A stretch of 64,000 bases of DNA from Candidatus Bruticola sp. (GTDB lineage Bacteria; Vulcanimicrobiota; Xenobia; Xenobiales; Xenobiaceae). The stretch's first letter is position 1, and the number at the start of each line of letters is the position of its first letter. Both the position numbers and the translations under genes were made by a program. A model generated the notes under the pieces. That model did no database searches and had not been told where the DNA came from. It saw only the letters and a list, made by a program, of their open reading frames with translations. Location: assembly GCA_051874735.1 (NCBI GenBank), contig JBJEGD010000040.1, forward strand, positions 1-64,000. Direction: 5' to 3'. Positions 38,566 through 48,391 of this stretch are shown one piece after another.

Positions 38566-39603
38566 TTAGGGATTGCAGTTTTTGCATGGTGAATAGCCTT
38601 GGCGAATTAGACTGCTGAGCGAGCCTGTGTACTCTTCTCGATTAGATGGACTGATCTTTTGGGCGTAACTGCAAGAGGGGAGATGAATTTTTTTACTGCG
38701 GTTATTGAGAACGTAAATGTTGATAGCTGTACTTTTAGAGTATTGAGAATTTTTGTTATACTTCTTTTGGTAGGAGGTTTGGGAGGAATTAGAACGTCCG
38801 GAATTTTTCTGTTGATAGGCTGTGCCTGCCGCTCCGTAAGAACTGGCTCCAGTTTTATAGTCAATACTAATTTGGGGCTGCACATTATAGCAGAAAATGT
38901 TAAAGAGAATACCTTGGCCGTTATCTTCAACGGACATAGCCTCCATAAGCACGCCGTGAGCTACTAAATTATTTCCCTGAAATATGGGAGTAACTCTGTA
39001 AAGCACGTGGTTGCCAGTTTCTTTTATGTAGTCGGCTACCATATTCTCAAAAGGAAGCATGCCTTGAACATTTAGATATCTGGTGCCGGTGATTAAATTG
39101 CGCTCATTGGCATTTTCGGCTGTCAGCTGATAACCAATTAAGTGGCAGCGGTTGTACAGATATTTACCTTCTACGCAATCGTACTTGGCTAAATGCCAGC
39201 CGCTAGGTTTAACTTGCCCTATCTTGCCTCTTTTAGCAGTAGGCATAAGATCGCGTCCAATATTGGCGACAGCCACACCGCAGCGCCCCAGGTTATCTAA
39301 AGGACTGTATCTTTCATAAGAGCGTGAGGTACGGTCAGCTTTAGTAAAATAGGGTACATTTTTATTGATAACAGCATAAGGGGTACCTGAGTAGGCAGGA
39401 ACTTTAGCTAAGGAAAATTTACCTGCAGTTGAATTGGAGACTTTTTTTGTTGAAGCGGCTAATAGTTTAATTGTGGAATCTGCTGCTTCGACCGGTTTCA
39501 AGTTTAGAGCTACGAAGCTCAAAACTGCGATTATGAATAACAGCAACCACAACTGTCTCGACTTATTTTTGCTGCTTACATTAGCAAAGTTGTATCTGTG
39601 CAT
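38566..39603 (-). CDS. Secreted DNA/RNA non-specific endonuclease with C-terminal Zn-binding (Ada-like) domain
   Basis: Signal/TM; LDNLGRCG, YNRCHLIG..L..ENAN, NLITGTRYLN; C-terminal KIHLPSC...GYSPCKNCNP. Confidence 0.88.
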   Translation of the reverse strand: MHRYNFANVSSKNKSRQLWLLLFIIAVLSFVALNLKPVEAADSTIKLLAASTKKVSNSTAGKFSLAKVPAYSGTPYAVINKNVPYFTKADRTSRSYERYSPLDNLGRCGVAVANIGRDLMPTAKRGKIGQVKPSGWHLAKYDCVEGKYLYNRCHLIGYQLTAENANERNLITGTRYLNVQGMLPFENMVADYIKETGNHVLYRVTPIFQGNNLVAHGVLMEAMSVEDNGQGILFNIFCYNVQPQISIDYKTGASSYGAAGTAYQQKNSGRSNSSQTSYQKKYNKNSQYSKSTAINIYVLNNRSKKIHLPSCSYAQKISPSNREEYTGSLSSLIRQGYSPCKNCNP

Positions 39604-39608
39604 ATTTT

Positions 39609-40028
39609 TTAACCTTTGCGTACAAAAATTTCTTCAGTAATTTTTTCATGAGAAGAGCCTACAAAGTCGGCAGAGCTTATTTTCTGCCATTCTTGAAGCA
39701 GATTCAAGTCAAAATAAAAATCAGCAGGATAAGTTCTGTTCCACCTGTAGATAATTATTCGTTCTATTTTATCTTTGTAAGCGGCTGCCGAAACATTTTC
39801 CAGGAAACAGTAATCCCCAGATGAAGCTTCACTTAAAAAATTTTTGCTGATAGATAATTGCTCTGGAGCCGCTTGCGAAGCAAATTGTTCAGCTGAGTAG
39901 GCGTTTAAAAACAGCTTTTTACCAGACAGTTTAGAAATTAATCTCTCGCGCATCAGTCTATCTTGACTTTGACGCCGGTTATTGAACATTAAGCCGTTTT
40001 GATTATCTAGAGCGGCTACGAGAATCAT
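39609..40028 (-). CDS. Small DHFR-fold-like hypothetical protein
   Basis: MILVAALD..NGLMFN, IIIYRWNRTYPADFYF and SHEKITEEIF echo the DHFR strand pattern. Confidence 0.5.
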   Translation of the reverse strand: MILVAALDNQNGLMFNNRRQSQDRLMRERLISKLSGKKLFLNAYSAEQFASQAAPEQLSISKNFLSEASSGDYCFLENVSAAAYKDKIERIIIYRWNRTYPADFYFDLNLLQEWQKISSADFVGSSHEKITEEIFVRKG

Positions 40029-40328
40029 ATGCTTATTTTTCCTTTCTCAAGTTCAGCTGCCCAGTGAAATAATTTACCGTTTAGTTCGTAATCTGCTCGG
40101 CAGCCGCGGATAGATTTTCTTCTTAACTAATAAATATTGCAAGATCTAGTGAGAATTTTTTTGACTGAAGCTGACCTAAAAAATTGGCTTTATTATTTAG
40201 TTTTTGCTTATGTGCTGCGCTGATAATATCTTTACTTTTATAAGTTATGTTTTGAAATAGAGCTTGTAAACGGGGCGGGGTGGTCTTGTTTTTTTAGCAA
40301 GGCAGCCGTCTCAAAGGGGGGAAAAGTA

Positions 40329-41891
40329 ATGTTTGCCAATATTTTTACGGCCGCTTTAATCGGTGTTAATTCTCATTTGGTTTCTTGTGAAGTCGATATT
40401 TCTAGAGGTTTACCTAGGTGTATAGTGGTAGGCCTGCCCGATGCTGCTGTTAGTGAAGCTGGTGAGCGCGTTTGGGCCGCTTTCAGTAATTCCGGTTACG
40501 AGGCGCCGGTGGGGCGGGTGCGCATTAATTTGGCTCCGGCTGAGCTGCGCAAAGAAGGAGCCCGCTTCGATCTTTCCATGGCTTTGGCCGTTTTAGCCGC
40601 CGATGAAAACTGTGATTGCGTAACGCCAGATATGGTGAAAAATTGGCTAGTGTTGGGTGAATTAGCTATGAACGGACGAGTTCGCGGCGTGCGCGGTGTG
40701 TTGCTTTCCGTTTTAATGGCTAAACGCTTGGGCTTTACTAATGTTATGGTGCCCCAAGAAAATTTAGCTGAAGCCTCACTAGTAGAAGGGATAAACTGCC
40801 AGGGAGTTTCCTGTTTGGCGCACGCCGCCGCCTTAGTTAGCGGCCAATATCAAGAAGCTATGGCTATAGAAGCGGGACAGCAAACTGAATATGCCCATTA
40901 TATTGGCAGCTCAGCAGAACTAGTTAGCAGCTCTGCGGAGGAGAACGATCTTAAATATGTCTGCGGTCAAGCGGTCGCTAAGCGCGGATTGGAAATTTGT
41001 GCCGCCGGAGGACATCATATTTTGATGCTGGGGCCTCCAGGCTCAGGTAAAACTATGCTGGCCCGTTGTTTGTCGTCAATTTTACCCCGGCTCAGTCGCG
41101 AAGAGGCCATCGAGGTGGCGGCTATTCACAGCGTTTCTCAGTGCTTCAGCTCTAAAATGCTTCAGCAAATTCCCTTCCGATCCCCTTCTTCCAATATTTC
41201 TGCAGCCGGTTTGTTAGGTAGCATTCAGCCTGGAGAAGTTACTTTGTCTCATAAAGGTATTCTCTTTATGGACGAGTTCCCCGAGTTTCGGCGCGATTGT
41301 TTGGAAGCTTTACGTCGTCCTTTAGAATCAGGGCAAATCGAAATTGCCAGAGCAAAAGTTCATACTCAGTATCCTTGTCGCTTCACCTTAGTGGCAGCCA
41401 TGAATCCTTGTCCTTGTGGTTATTGGGGCGATCGTGAAAAAAACTGTATCTGTCAGCCGTCCAAGCGTCTGCGTTATTTATCGCGCCTTTCCGGACCTCT
41501 TCTTGATCGTATCGACCTGCAAATTCAGGTATCGCGCGCTTCTGCCGCTGAATTGCTTGAAACTTCTTTAAGTGAAAGTTCGGCTCAAGTTCGCGCTCGA
41601 GTCGAAAGAGCTTTAGAAGTGCAACGTCAGCGCGGCTGTCGCAGCGCCTTTATGAATGCTGCTCAAACCCGCCGTTTCTGCCTTCTCGATAAAGAGAGTC
41701 AAAAATTTTTAGCCGATGAGGTCAAGAAGCGTCATCTCTCCGGAAGAGTTAAAGATCGTCTCTGTCGCACCGCTCGGACTATAGCCGACCTGGCCGGACG
41801 TGACCATATTATTTTGAGTGATTTATGCGAAGCTATGGAGTACCGAGCTTTCGATCGTTTTATGGCTTCCCTGGACAGTCGCTTTGTATAA
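40329..41891 (+). CDS. comM: YifB/ComM Mg-chelatase-like AAA+ ATPase
   Basis: VGLPDAAVSE, NLAPAELRKEG, GPPGSGKTM, LFMDEFPEF, AAMNPCPCG, SGPLLDRID, ARTIADL. Confidence 0.92.
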   Translation: MFANIFTAALIGVNSHLVSCEVDISRGLPRCIVVGLPDAAVSEAGERVWAAFSNSGYEAPVGRVRINLAPAELRKEGARFDLSMALAVLAADENCDCVTPDMVKNWLVLGELAMNGRVRGVRGVLLSVLMAKRLGFTNVMVPQENLAEASLVEGINCQGVSCLAHAAALVSGQYQEAMAIEAGQQTEYAHYIGSSAELVSSSAEENDLKYVCGQAVAKRGLEICAAGGHHILMLGPPGSGKTMLARCLSSILPRLSREEAIEVAAIHSVSQCFSSKMLQQIPFRSPSSNISAAGLLGSIQPGEVTLSHKGILFMDEFPEFRRDCLEALRRPLESGQIEIARAKVHTQYPCRFTLVAAMNPCPCGYWGDREKNCICQPSKRLRYLSRLSGPLLDRIDLQIQVSRASAAELLETSLSESSAQVRARVERALEVQRQRGCRSAFMNAAQTRRFCLLDKESQKFLADEVKKRHLSGRVKDRLCRTARTIADLAGRDHIILSDLCEAMEYRAFDRFMASLDSRFV

Positions 41892-41953
41892 ATTAATTTC
41901 AATATGTTAGAATTAGTGCCGTTAGTTTTATAATTTTCAGAAAGTATGAGCTT

Positions 41954-42349
41954 ATGGGCCCTATGATGAAATTTTTGAACGGTATGCTGGGTAATGCTTC
42001 TGAAGTTAGTGCTGAGGAAATTTTTCGCGAATATGCCGAAATTTTTATACCAGGAGAAACTATCGATCGCGCTTATAGGCAGATCCGCGATCTAATTATT
42101 TTTACTAATAAGCGTTTCATTTTTATAAATATTCAGGGTTTATCAGGCAAAAAAGTCTCCTTCTACAGCATTCCTTACAAAAATATCAGCCATTTTTGCA
42201 CCGAAACTGCCGGCACTATAGATCTCGATTCAGAGTTGAAAATTTGGGTAGTTGGTTCCAATATTCCGGTAGTCGATCTAAAATTCAGTAAAGATTTAAA
42301 TATTAACGATATTCAAGTTCTATTGGCTGGATATACATTAAAGTCTTAG
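41954..42349 (+). CDS. Bacterial PH-domain protein (YvbH/bPH-like)
   Basis: IRDLIIFTNKR, QGLSGKK, SIPYKNI, ETAGTIDLDSEL. Confidence 0.85.
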   Translation: MGPMMKFLNGMLGNASEVSAEEIFREYAEIFIPGETIDRAYRQIRDLIIFTNKRFIFINIQGLSGKKVSFYSIPYKNISHFCTETAGTIDLDSELKIWVVGSNIPVVDLKFSKDLNINDIQVLLAGYTLKS

Positions 42350-42575
42350 TTTATTTAGATCGTCTTATTAACCTTTCATCTAAAAGTCGCTTTAGCTTAG
42401 GTTACTTTATAAAAAGGCACCGCCTTTTGAAGCTGTTTGTACTATTTTTTTCTCGGCTGGTCGGCTAGTTAGCTGTATACTGATAGGCTGTTTGTGCTAA
42501 AATGCGGCCAGTTAAAGCGGACGAGCCGCTTTTTTAATTTAGTTTAAGCTTTGCAATAGAAGTGAGTTTTGTTTC

Positions 42576-43757
42576 ATGATCTATTTAGATAATGCAGCTA
42601 CAACTGCGGTATTGCCCGAGGTCGTTGAGGCTATGCTGCCGTTCTTTACTAAGTTTTATGGTAACCCTTCCAATATTTACGGTCTTTCCTTGACTTCGCG
42701 CCGTGCTCTTGATGCAGCCCGAGCTTCAGTCGCTAAATCTATTGGGGCCAAACTTCCTGCTGAGATATTCTTTACCGGATGTGGTACTGAATCGGATAAT
42801 TTGGCTGTTATCGGTTTAGCTCGGGCTAGACGAGAATTGGGCAATCACATTATTACTACCGCTGTAGAACATCATGCTGTGCTGCATGCTTGTGAACAGT
42901 TAAAAAAAGAAGGTTTTGAAATAACCAAAATTCCAGTCAATTCTCAAGGATTGATTACGGTTGAGCAAGTGGTCGATGCTTTAACAGATAAAACTATTTT
43001 AGTTTCGGTTATGATGGCTAACAACGAGGTCGGCACTATTCAGCCTATAGCTGAGCTGGGGCGCCTTTTAGCTAATCATCAAGCTTATCTGCATACTGAC
43101 GCTGTACAGGCTGCCGGCTATATCCCTATAAACGTGGTTGAGTTGGGGGTAGATGCTCTCAGCATGTCTGCTCACAAATTCCACGGTCCTAAGGGCGTGG
43201 GGGCACTTTATTTGCGCACTGGAGTGAGGCCTTTAAGTGTTAATTATGGTGGAGGCCAAGAGCGAGGGCTGCGTTCTGGAACAGAAAATGTTCCAGGTAT
43301 TATAGGCTTAGCTAAAGCTTTGGAAATTTCCTGTACCGATCAAGCTAAGCGAGCTGAAGATTTGCAAGCTAAACGAGATTATTTAGTGAATAAAATCAGT
43401 TCTGCAGTACGTGGGGCCGAATTGACAGGCCATCCCACATTGCGTTTGCCGGGTAATGCCAGTTTCGTTTTTCCTGGAGTGGAAGGCGAATCTTTAATTA
43501 TGCAGCTCGATCGCAAAGGGGTGTGCGCTTCTTCCGGTTCCGCCTGCGCTTCTTCTGCTTTGGGCGTTTCGCATGTTTTGGAAGCTATGGGATACCATGC
43601 GCCTTTAGGTAGGGGCAGTCTTCGTTTAACTCTCGATGCTTCTATTACTTATTCTGAGCTCGATGAAGCGGCCGATATTATTATTAAAGCCGTTCAGAAA
43701 CTGCAAGCTATGGCTCCTAAGTCTTGTTTCAGTAAAACGCGTTCCTGTGGCCGCTAA
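42576..43757 (+). CDS. iscS: Group I cysteine desulfurase (IscS/NifS)
   Basis: IYLDNAATT, SAHKFHGPKG (PLP Lys), RSGTEN, SSGSAC. Confidence 0.95.
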   Translation: MIYLDNAATTAVLPEVVEAMLPFFTKFYGNPSNIYGLSLTSRRALDAARASVAKSIGAKLPAEIFFTGCGTESDNLAVIGLARARRELGNHIITTAVEHHAVLHACEQLKKEGFEITKIPVNSQGLITVEQVVDALTDKTILVSVMMANNEVGTIQPIAELGRLLANHQAYLHTDAVQAAGYIPINVVELGVDALSMSAHKFHGPKGVGALYLRTGVRPLSVNYGGGQERGLRSGTENVPGIIGLAKALEISCTDQAKRAEDLQAKRDYLVNKISSAVRGAELTGHPTLRLPGNASFVFPGVEGESLIMQLDRKGVCASSGSACASSALGVSHVLEAMGYHAPLGRGSLRLTLDASITYSELDEAADIIIKAVQKLQAMAPKSCFSKTRSCGR

Positions 43758-43762
43758 AAAAT

Positions 43763-44146
43763 ATGGAATATTCAGCTAAAACTTTACTGCACGGAGAAAA
43801 GCCTGCTCATGTGGGGGAAATAGTTGGAGCTCATGGGCATGCGCAGGCGGAAAATCCTGTTTGTGGCGACACCGTAGAATTTTGGATAAATCTTGATGCT
43901 GAAAGAAAAAGTGTGCAGCAGGTAGTTTTTAAGTCGTTCGGATGTTTGGCTGCTGCTGCTGCTTCAGAAGCCTTGTGCGAGTTAGCTCAAGGGAGGTCCG
44001 TAAATGTCGCCCTCGCCCTAGAGGAGAAGGATATTCTGGAAGTTTTAGACGGACTTCCTCCAACTAAGCAGCATGGAGCTGCATTAGCGTGTGAAGCTTT
44101 TCAAGAAGCTTTAAACCAAGCCGTGTGCCATCAGACGAGCTGCTAG
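43763..44146 (+). CDS. iscU: IscU/NifU-N type Fe-S scaffold (third Cys substituted)
   Basis: NPVCGD, FKSFGC, LDGLPPTKQHG; directly follows iscS. Confidence 0.85.
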   Translation: MEYSAKTLLHGEKPAHVGEIVGAHGHAQAENPVCGDTVEFWINLDAERKSVQQVVFKSFGCLAAAAASEALCELAQGRSVNVALALEEKDILEVLDGLPPTKQHGAALACEAFQEALNQAVCHQTSC

Positions 44147-44273
44147 TTTGCTGCAAGTAGTAAACTAGGAGACTAATCTGGTAAAAAGTAAACAATCGCA
44201 ACTTTTTGCAGGTGAAAAAGGGCTCAGGATGAACTTGAGCCTAATTTTTGCTAATTAAGAGGATTTAGCTCTT

Positions 44274-44591
44274 TTGCATTATTCTTTACACAATCGAGAG
44301 AGCAGAGCCAGCCGTCAGAGAGAAGCGGCTCATCAGCGGGCTATGGAGCCTACGCGCCGTTATTGCTATATAACTAAACGTGAAGTCACCGTCTGTATAG
44401 ATTATCCCCAATATGTTAATTTCAGGTGTAAAGGGCCTGAGGGCGAAGTTTACTGTGAACACATAGTAGAGTGCTATCGCAAGGGCGTAAAATGTCGCCA
44501 CAGCGGTATCTCTCAGCTTTATCCCGATCCTTTTACACCTGAATCAGCTGCCAGTCTTCCCGATAAAGAACTGACGTTAGATAACGTTTGA
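44274..44591 (+). CDS. Small Cys-rich hypothetical protein
   Basis: Six Cys in the C-terminal part; AGAGGA upstream of the TTG; an alternative ATG lies further in. Confidence 0.5.
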   Translation: MHYSLHNRESRASRQREAAHQRAMEPTRRYCYITKREVTVCIDYPQYVNFRCKGPEGEVYCEHIVECYRKGVKCRHSGISQLYPDPFTPESAASLPDKELTLDNV

Positions 44592-44645
44592 ACTGGCAGT
44601 TTTTTATCAGCTTAAGCTGACTGGCTGCTCACCGATAGACAAACT

Positions 44646-46103
44646 TTAGAAATGCATGTTCTTTTCTCGGGAGCAGGTTTCTTTTGTTCTAGTAATGGAA
44701 GGGGTCGAAGTGGCCGTAGTCTTGCTATTTTGCTTGGCATAGCTACTGTGCTTAGTCGATCTTTTCCAATTACGTCCGTTTCTGTCTGTTAGAGGAATTT
44801 CTACTTCTTCGACTACAGAAGCCTTAAAGTCTATAGATAGGTCCATTAAGCAGGCGTACTGATGACCGTCCACCCGTTTAGAAATTTCGACCTGTTGACC
44901 TGGAGCTAAAGGATTTATTAAGTAATCTTCTACTACTTCCCAATGGGAGCCACGTTTGCTGCTTTTGACCATAAATTTGACCATAAAAGGTTTTTTAACA
45001 GCTAATTCGCCCGTGTTTCGTATAGTAGCTTTTATTTCGTAGGCAGTGAGGAAGAATGACATTTGGCGCAGCACATCAAACTCCACAATTTCCGGATTAG
45101 CTGGCTTCGGTTTCACGTTGCCGCTGTTGGTGGACGAACCGTTTGAACTGCTTTCCGTTAGAGAACTGGGCTGAGCTGAAGAAGTTGTTTGAGAATAGCT
45201 GATAACTGCTGGCTGTGGCTGCTGCTGAGTAGGGGCGCCCACATTAGTGGGAGCTGTTCCGTTTACGCCTGTTGCTAGGCCGTACATTTGATTTAATCCT
45301 GAAGGGTAACGCATGCCAACTGCGTTGTGCATAGTAGATACCTCTTCTATAGTGCGCGGCTGTTCAGTAGTGATCTGACGTGAGCCAACATTAGTTACTG
45401 AAACCACGGGACGTTCATAAGGGGAACTTTTTGCGTTTTTGCTGCTTAAGCCGCCCAAGCCAGCCTCAGGAAAAGCTGGGTTGTCCATAGCATCGGGAGC
45501 TGATATCACAGAAGAAGAGCCGTTGATATTAGGCAAAGTTTCTAAAGGAGGCATGCCGAAAACGTTGCCACCGTTCTGAATACTGCTCAGGTAAGCATTT
45601 TTAGCACTTACTCGGCCGTTTAATGTAGGCAGAGGAACTGAACTCAGAGTAGCATTGCCGCTGCTTCCGCTGTCAGTTTTTACTATAATTTGTTTTTCGT
45701 TATTGGTAATTTGCGCTTTGATAATGGCGCATATTTCGTTGAGCTGAACAACTAAATCATTTTCGTACAGGCCAGAAGGAGCTTGCAGAGGAATTTGCTG
45801 GCCATTGTAAATGCAGTAAGTTTGCCCGACAACGATGGTTAACATAGAAGATGACCAAGAAGCTTCTAATTTCTGACCGTCAAACTCTACTGAAGCACCT
45901 GAGGCTCGAAGTAGAGGAGAAGCTTTGACAGCTATATCGTTGCCCGTAGAGCCAATTACTGCTGAACGCTCTAGAGGTACGCCGTTTACCAGAACATCGG
46001 GATTGATCTGGGCCTGCTGAGCTAATGATATACCGCTAGTTAGTGTAAACAGCAACACCAAGCAGAGAAGCGGCCAACTCAGCCGCCGATAATGATCATG
46101 CAT
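44646..46103 (-). CDS. Secreted protein: copper-amine-oxidase N-terminal (stalk)-like domain, Ser/Thr/Pro linker and CARDB-like domain
   Basis: Signal peptide SLA|Q; GASVEFD...YNGQQIPLQAP; IKATIRNTG...LAPGQQV. Confidence 0.6.
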   Translation of the reverse strand: MHDHYRRLSWPLLCLVLLFTLTSGISLAQQAQINPDVLVNGVPLERSAVIGSTGNDIAVKASPLLRASGASVEFDGQKLEASWSSSMLTIVVGQTYCIYNGQQIPLQAPSGLYENDLVVQLNEICAIIKAQITNNEKQIIVKTDSGSSGNATLSSVPLPTLNGRVSAKNAYLSSIQNGGNVFGMPPLETLPNINGSSSVISAPDAMDNPAFPEAGLGGLSSKNAKSSPYERPVVSVTNVGSRQITTEQPRTIEEVSTMHNAVGMRYPSGLNQMYGLATGVNGTAPTNVGAPTQQQPQPAVISYSQTTSSAQPSSLTESSSNGSSTNSGNVKPKPANPEIVEFDVLRQMSFFLTAYEIKATIRNTGELAVKKPFMVKFMVKSSKRGSHWEVVEDYLINPLAPGQQVEISKRVDGHQYACLMDLSIDFKASVVEEVEIPLTDRNGRNWKRSTKHSSYAKQNSKTTATSTPSITRTKETCSREKNMHF

Positions 46104-46215
46104 AATAAATAAACTCCTGAGTAAATTCCGGACTACTTATAAGCAGAGAAGCCTGCCTGCTAAGTTTGTGCGAAACATCCGCCGCAGAGAAATTTTAGCA
46201 GAAAAGCGGCGTCTT

Positions 46216-47352
46216 TTATAGAGTAGTGTGTCCGGATAAGCTACTTAGAGAAGCGCTTAGTACTAAATCTGCCAAAGTTACGGCCAGCATAGCTTCAACT
46301 GCAGGTACAGCCCGTATGGCCACACAGGGATCATGGCGCCCTTTTATACTGATTTTGCAGGGCTGTAAATCTGTATTTAAAGTTTCCTGTTCTATTCCTA
46401 TACTCGGAGTGGGCTTGAATGACACGCGGCCCCAAATTATTCCTCCTGCAGATATGCCGCCCCAAATACCTCCCTGACGGTACGTTTTGGACACAACGCG
46501 GCCATGGCATTCTGTCAGCGTGTCGTTAGCTTCAATACCGCTCATAGAACTCATTTTAAAACCTTCGCCTATTTCTACTCCTTTAGCTGCAGGCAGTGAA
46601 ATAAGAGCGGAAGCAAGTCGGGCGTCTAATCTGTCAAATACCGGATCGCCTATTCCCGGAGGTAGCCCGCGCACCACAAATACTAAAGAGGCTCCCCAAG
46701 AGTTTTGTTCTTGGCGGGCCTGATCCAAAAGCTTTTGCAGCTGTGGTTCGGCTTGGTGGTCGGGGCAGCGAGTCCAGCTTGAGTCTATCTCCTGGCGGCT
46801 TAAGTTATTTAAATAATCTTCAAACTGTCCTTTTTGGTACTCAATTTTGTAAGGCCCTAGCCGTTCCAGCCAGACAGCGATACTAAAATTTTGCTCTCCG
46901 CCGTTATTGGGGAGCCATTGGCGCAGCATTTGCTCAGCTAAAGAACCAGCTATAACTCGACCTATAGTCTCTCTGCCGCTTGAGCGTCCGCCTCCGCGCC
47001 AGTCCCGCCAACCGTATTTAGCTTGCCAAGTGTAGTCTCCGTGAGAGGGACGGTAAACGGAAGCTAATTCTTTATAATCGTGGGAGCGCTGTCCTTGATT
47101 GCGCACTATAGCTGCAATAGGGGTGCCTAAGGCTTTTCCTTCGAATACACCTGAAAGAATTTCCACACGATCACTTTCCTGGCGCGCTGTAGTATTTATT
47201 TGGCCAGGTCTTCTTCTGTTCAGCCATTGCTGTATTTCTTCTAAATTAATCATGGTTTGGGCCGGCATACCGTCAACGACGACTCCGCAAGCCGGCCCGT
47301 GCGATTCTCCAAAAGTAGCAACTTGAAATATTTTTCCCAAAATACTGCTCAT
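46216..47352 (-). CDS. aroC: Chorismate synthase
   Basis: TFGESHG, RRRPG, RPSHGD, GGRSSGRET, KPTPSI, GRHDPC. Confidence 0.95.
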   Translation of the reverse strand: MSSILGKIFQVATFGESHGPACGVVVDGMPAQTMINLEEIQQWLNRRRPGQINTTARQESDRVEILSGVFEGKALGTPIAAIVRNQGQRSHDYKELASVYRPSHGDYTWQAKYGWRDWRGGGRSSGRETIGRVIAGSLAEQMLRQWLPNNGGEQNFSIAVWLERLGPYKIEYQKGQFEDYLNNLSRQEIDSSWTRCPDHQAEPQLQKLLDQARQEQNSWGASLVFVVRGLPPGIGDPVFDRLDARLASALISLPAAKGVEIGEGFKMSSMSGIEANDTLTECHGRVVSKTYRQGGIWGGISAGGIIWGRVSFKPTPSIGIEQETLNTDLQPCKISIKGRHDPCVAIRAVPAVEAMLAVTLADLVLSASLSSLSGHTTL

Positions 47353-47580
47353 TTTGTACTCTCTTTTGTATAAATATTGTCAGACTTAAGGTCGTTTTCG
47401 TTTGTTTGTGGTTAGGGTTCCTTTGCCTTTTTGTTTTTTTTATCGGGGCAGGAAGGCAGCCGTTAGGAGTGAACTTTGTAAGTCTGGGCGGATAGGTATG
47501 CTCTGTGAAATTTTTGATATAACACCTGAAATAGTTTGCTATTTCGGTTTTTTATGATTTCTAAGAGGTTATAGACGGCA

Positions 47581-48018
47581 GTGACTAAACAAAAAGAGAA
47601 TTTACCTGTAGGTTTTTTGATTACGGTACTTAGTGATGACGAGCGCCGCTTGTGTGCTTTAGAAGTGCGGTGCGCCGATGAATCTCAGAAAATTGAGGAG
47701 TTAAGAGAACTTGCCGGTCTGGCTTGTAAAACAGCTTTGACTAATTCTGACATAATGTACCTAGATCGCAGGCATATTCCTTGGGAAGAAGTTCGTCGTC
47801 GTGAGCGCAGTTTTACTGCCAGTGTTTCTAGTGAATGTTCCGATTACTCGAAAATAGAGGAACAGGTGCTTTCTCTTATGGGCAAATGGTACGGGGAAGT
47901 TTGCCTTATGGAGCACGAACTTAAAGGCAAAGGTAATTTTGGGTTGCTTTTGGCTAGGTTAAATAGAGAACACAGTTTGAAAGCTGCTTTTACTAATCTT
48001 GTTATAGTGCAGTCCTGA
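47581..48018 (+). CDS. Hypothetical protein
   Basis: 145-aa ORF, GTG start after AGAGG. Confidence 0.5.
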   Translation: MTKQKENLPVGFLITVLSDDERRLCALEVRCADESQKIEELRELAGLACKTALTNSDIMYLDRRHIPWEEVRRRERSFTASVSSECSDYSKIEEQVLSLMGKWYGEVCLMEHELKGKGNFGLLLARLNREHSLKAAFTNLVIVQS

Positions 48019-48391
48019 GGCTAAGCCTAGAATTTATCTAGAATTTTTGTCAGATTGGGTGGCAGGCCGACTGCTTTGTTCGTAATGGCTGTTTATTGAA
48101 GTTTTGTTGCTTTTTTTATTGTCTGTTGGCTACCCATTTGATAAAATAATTACACGATACCGTGCGGCACGCGGAGAACTCTGTTGAGTCATTTTTGCAG
48201 GTTAATTCGGCGTTTTCCGTTTTCCGTTTTTAGTCGGCGAGTGTTTAGTTCTTATCCTCTATCTCAGAGGACAAGTTCTGCCCGGCAGCGTTGTCTTCTA
48301 AAGCGGACTTCCGTCTTCGTTAGGTAGTTCCTGAGGGTCGTGCAGTTCCATTGGCGCGGTGTTTTAATTTTTTAGAAGGGCGTTTTACAAA

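Noticed and set aside
39609-40028. Calling the small ORF a true dihydrofolate reductase
   Set aside because: It lacks the PW, GRKT and GG motifs needed for a confident DHFR call.
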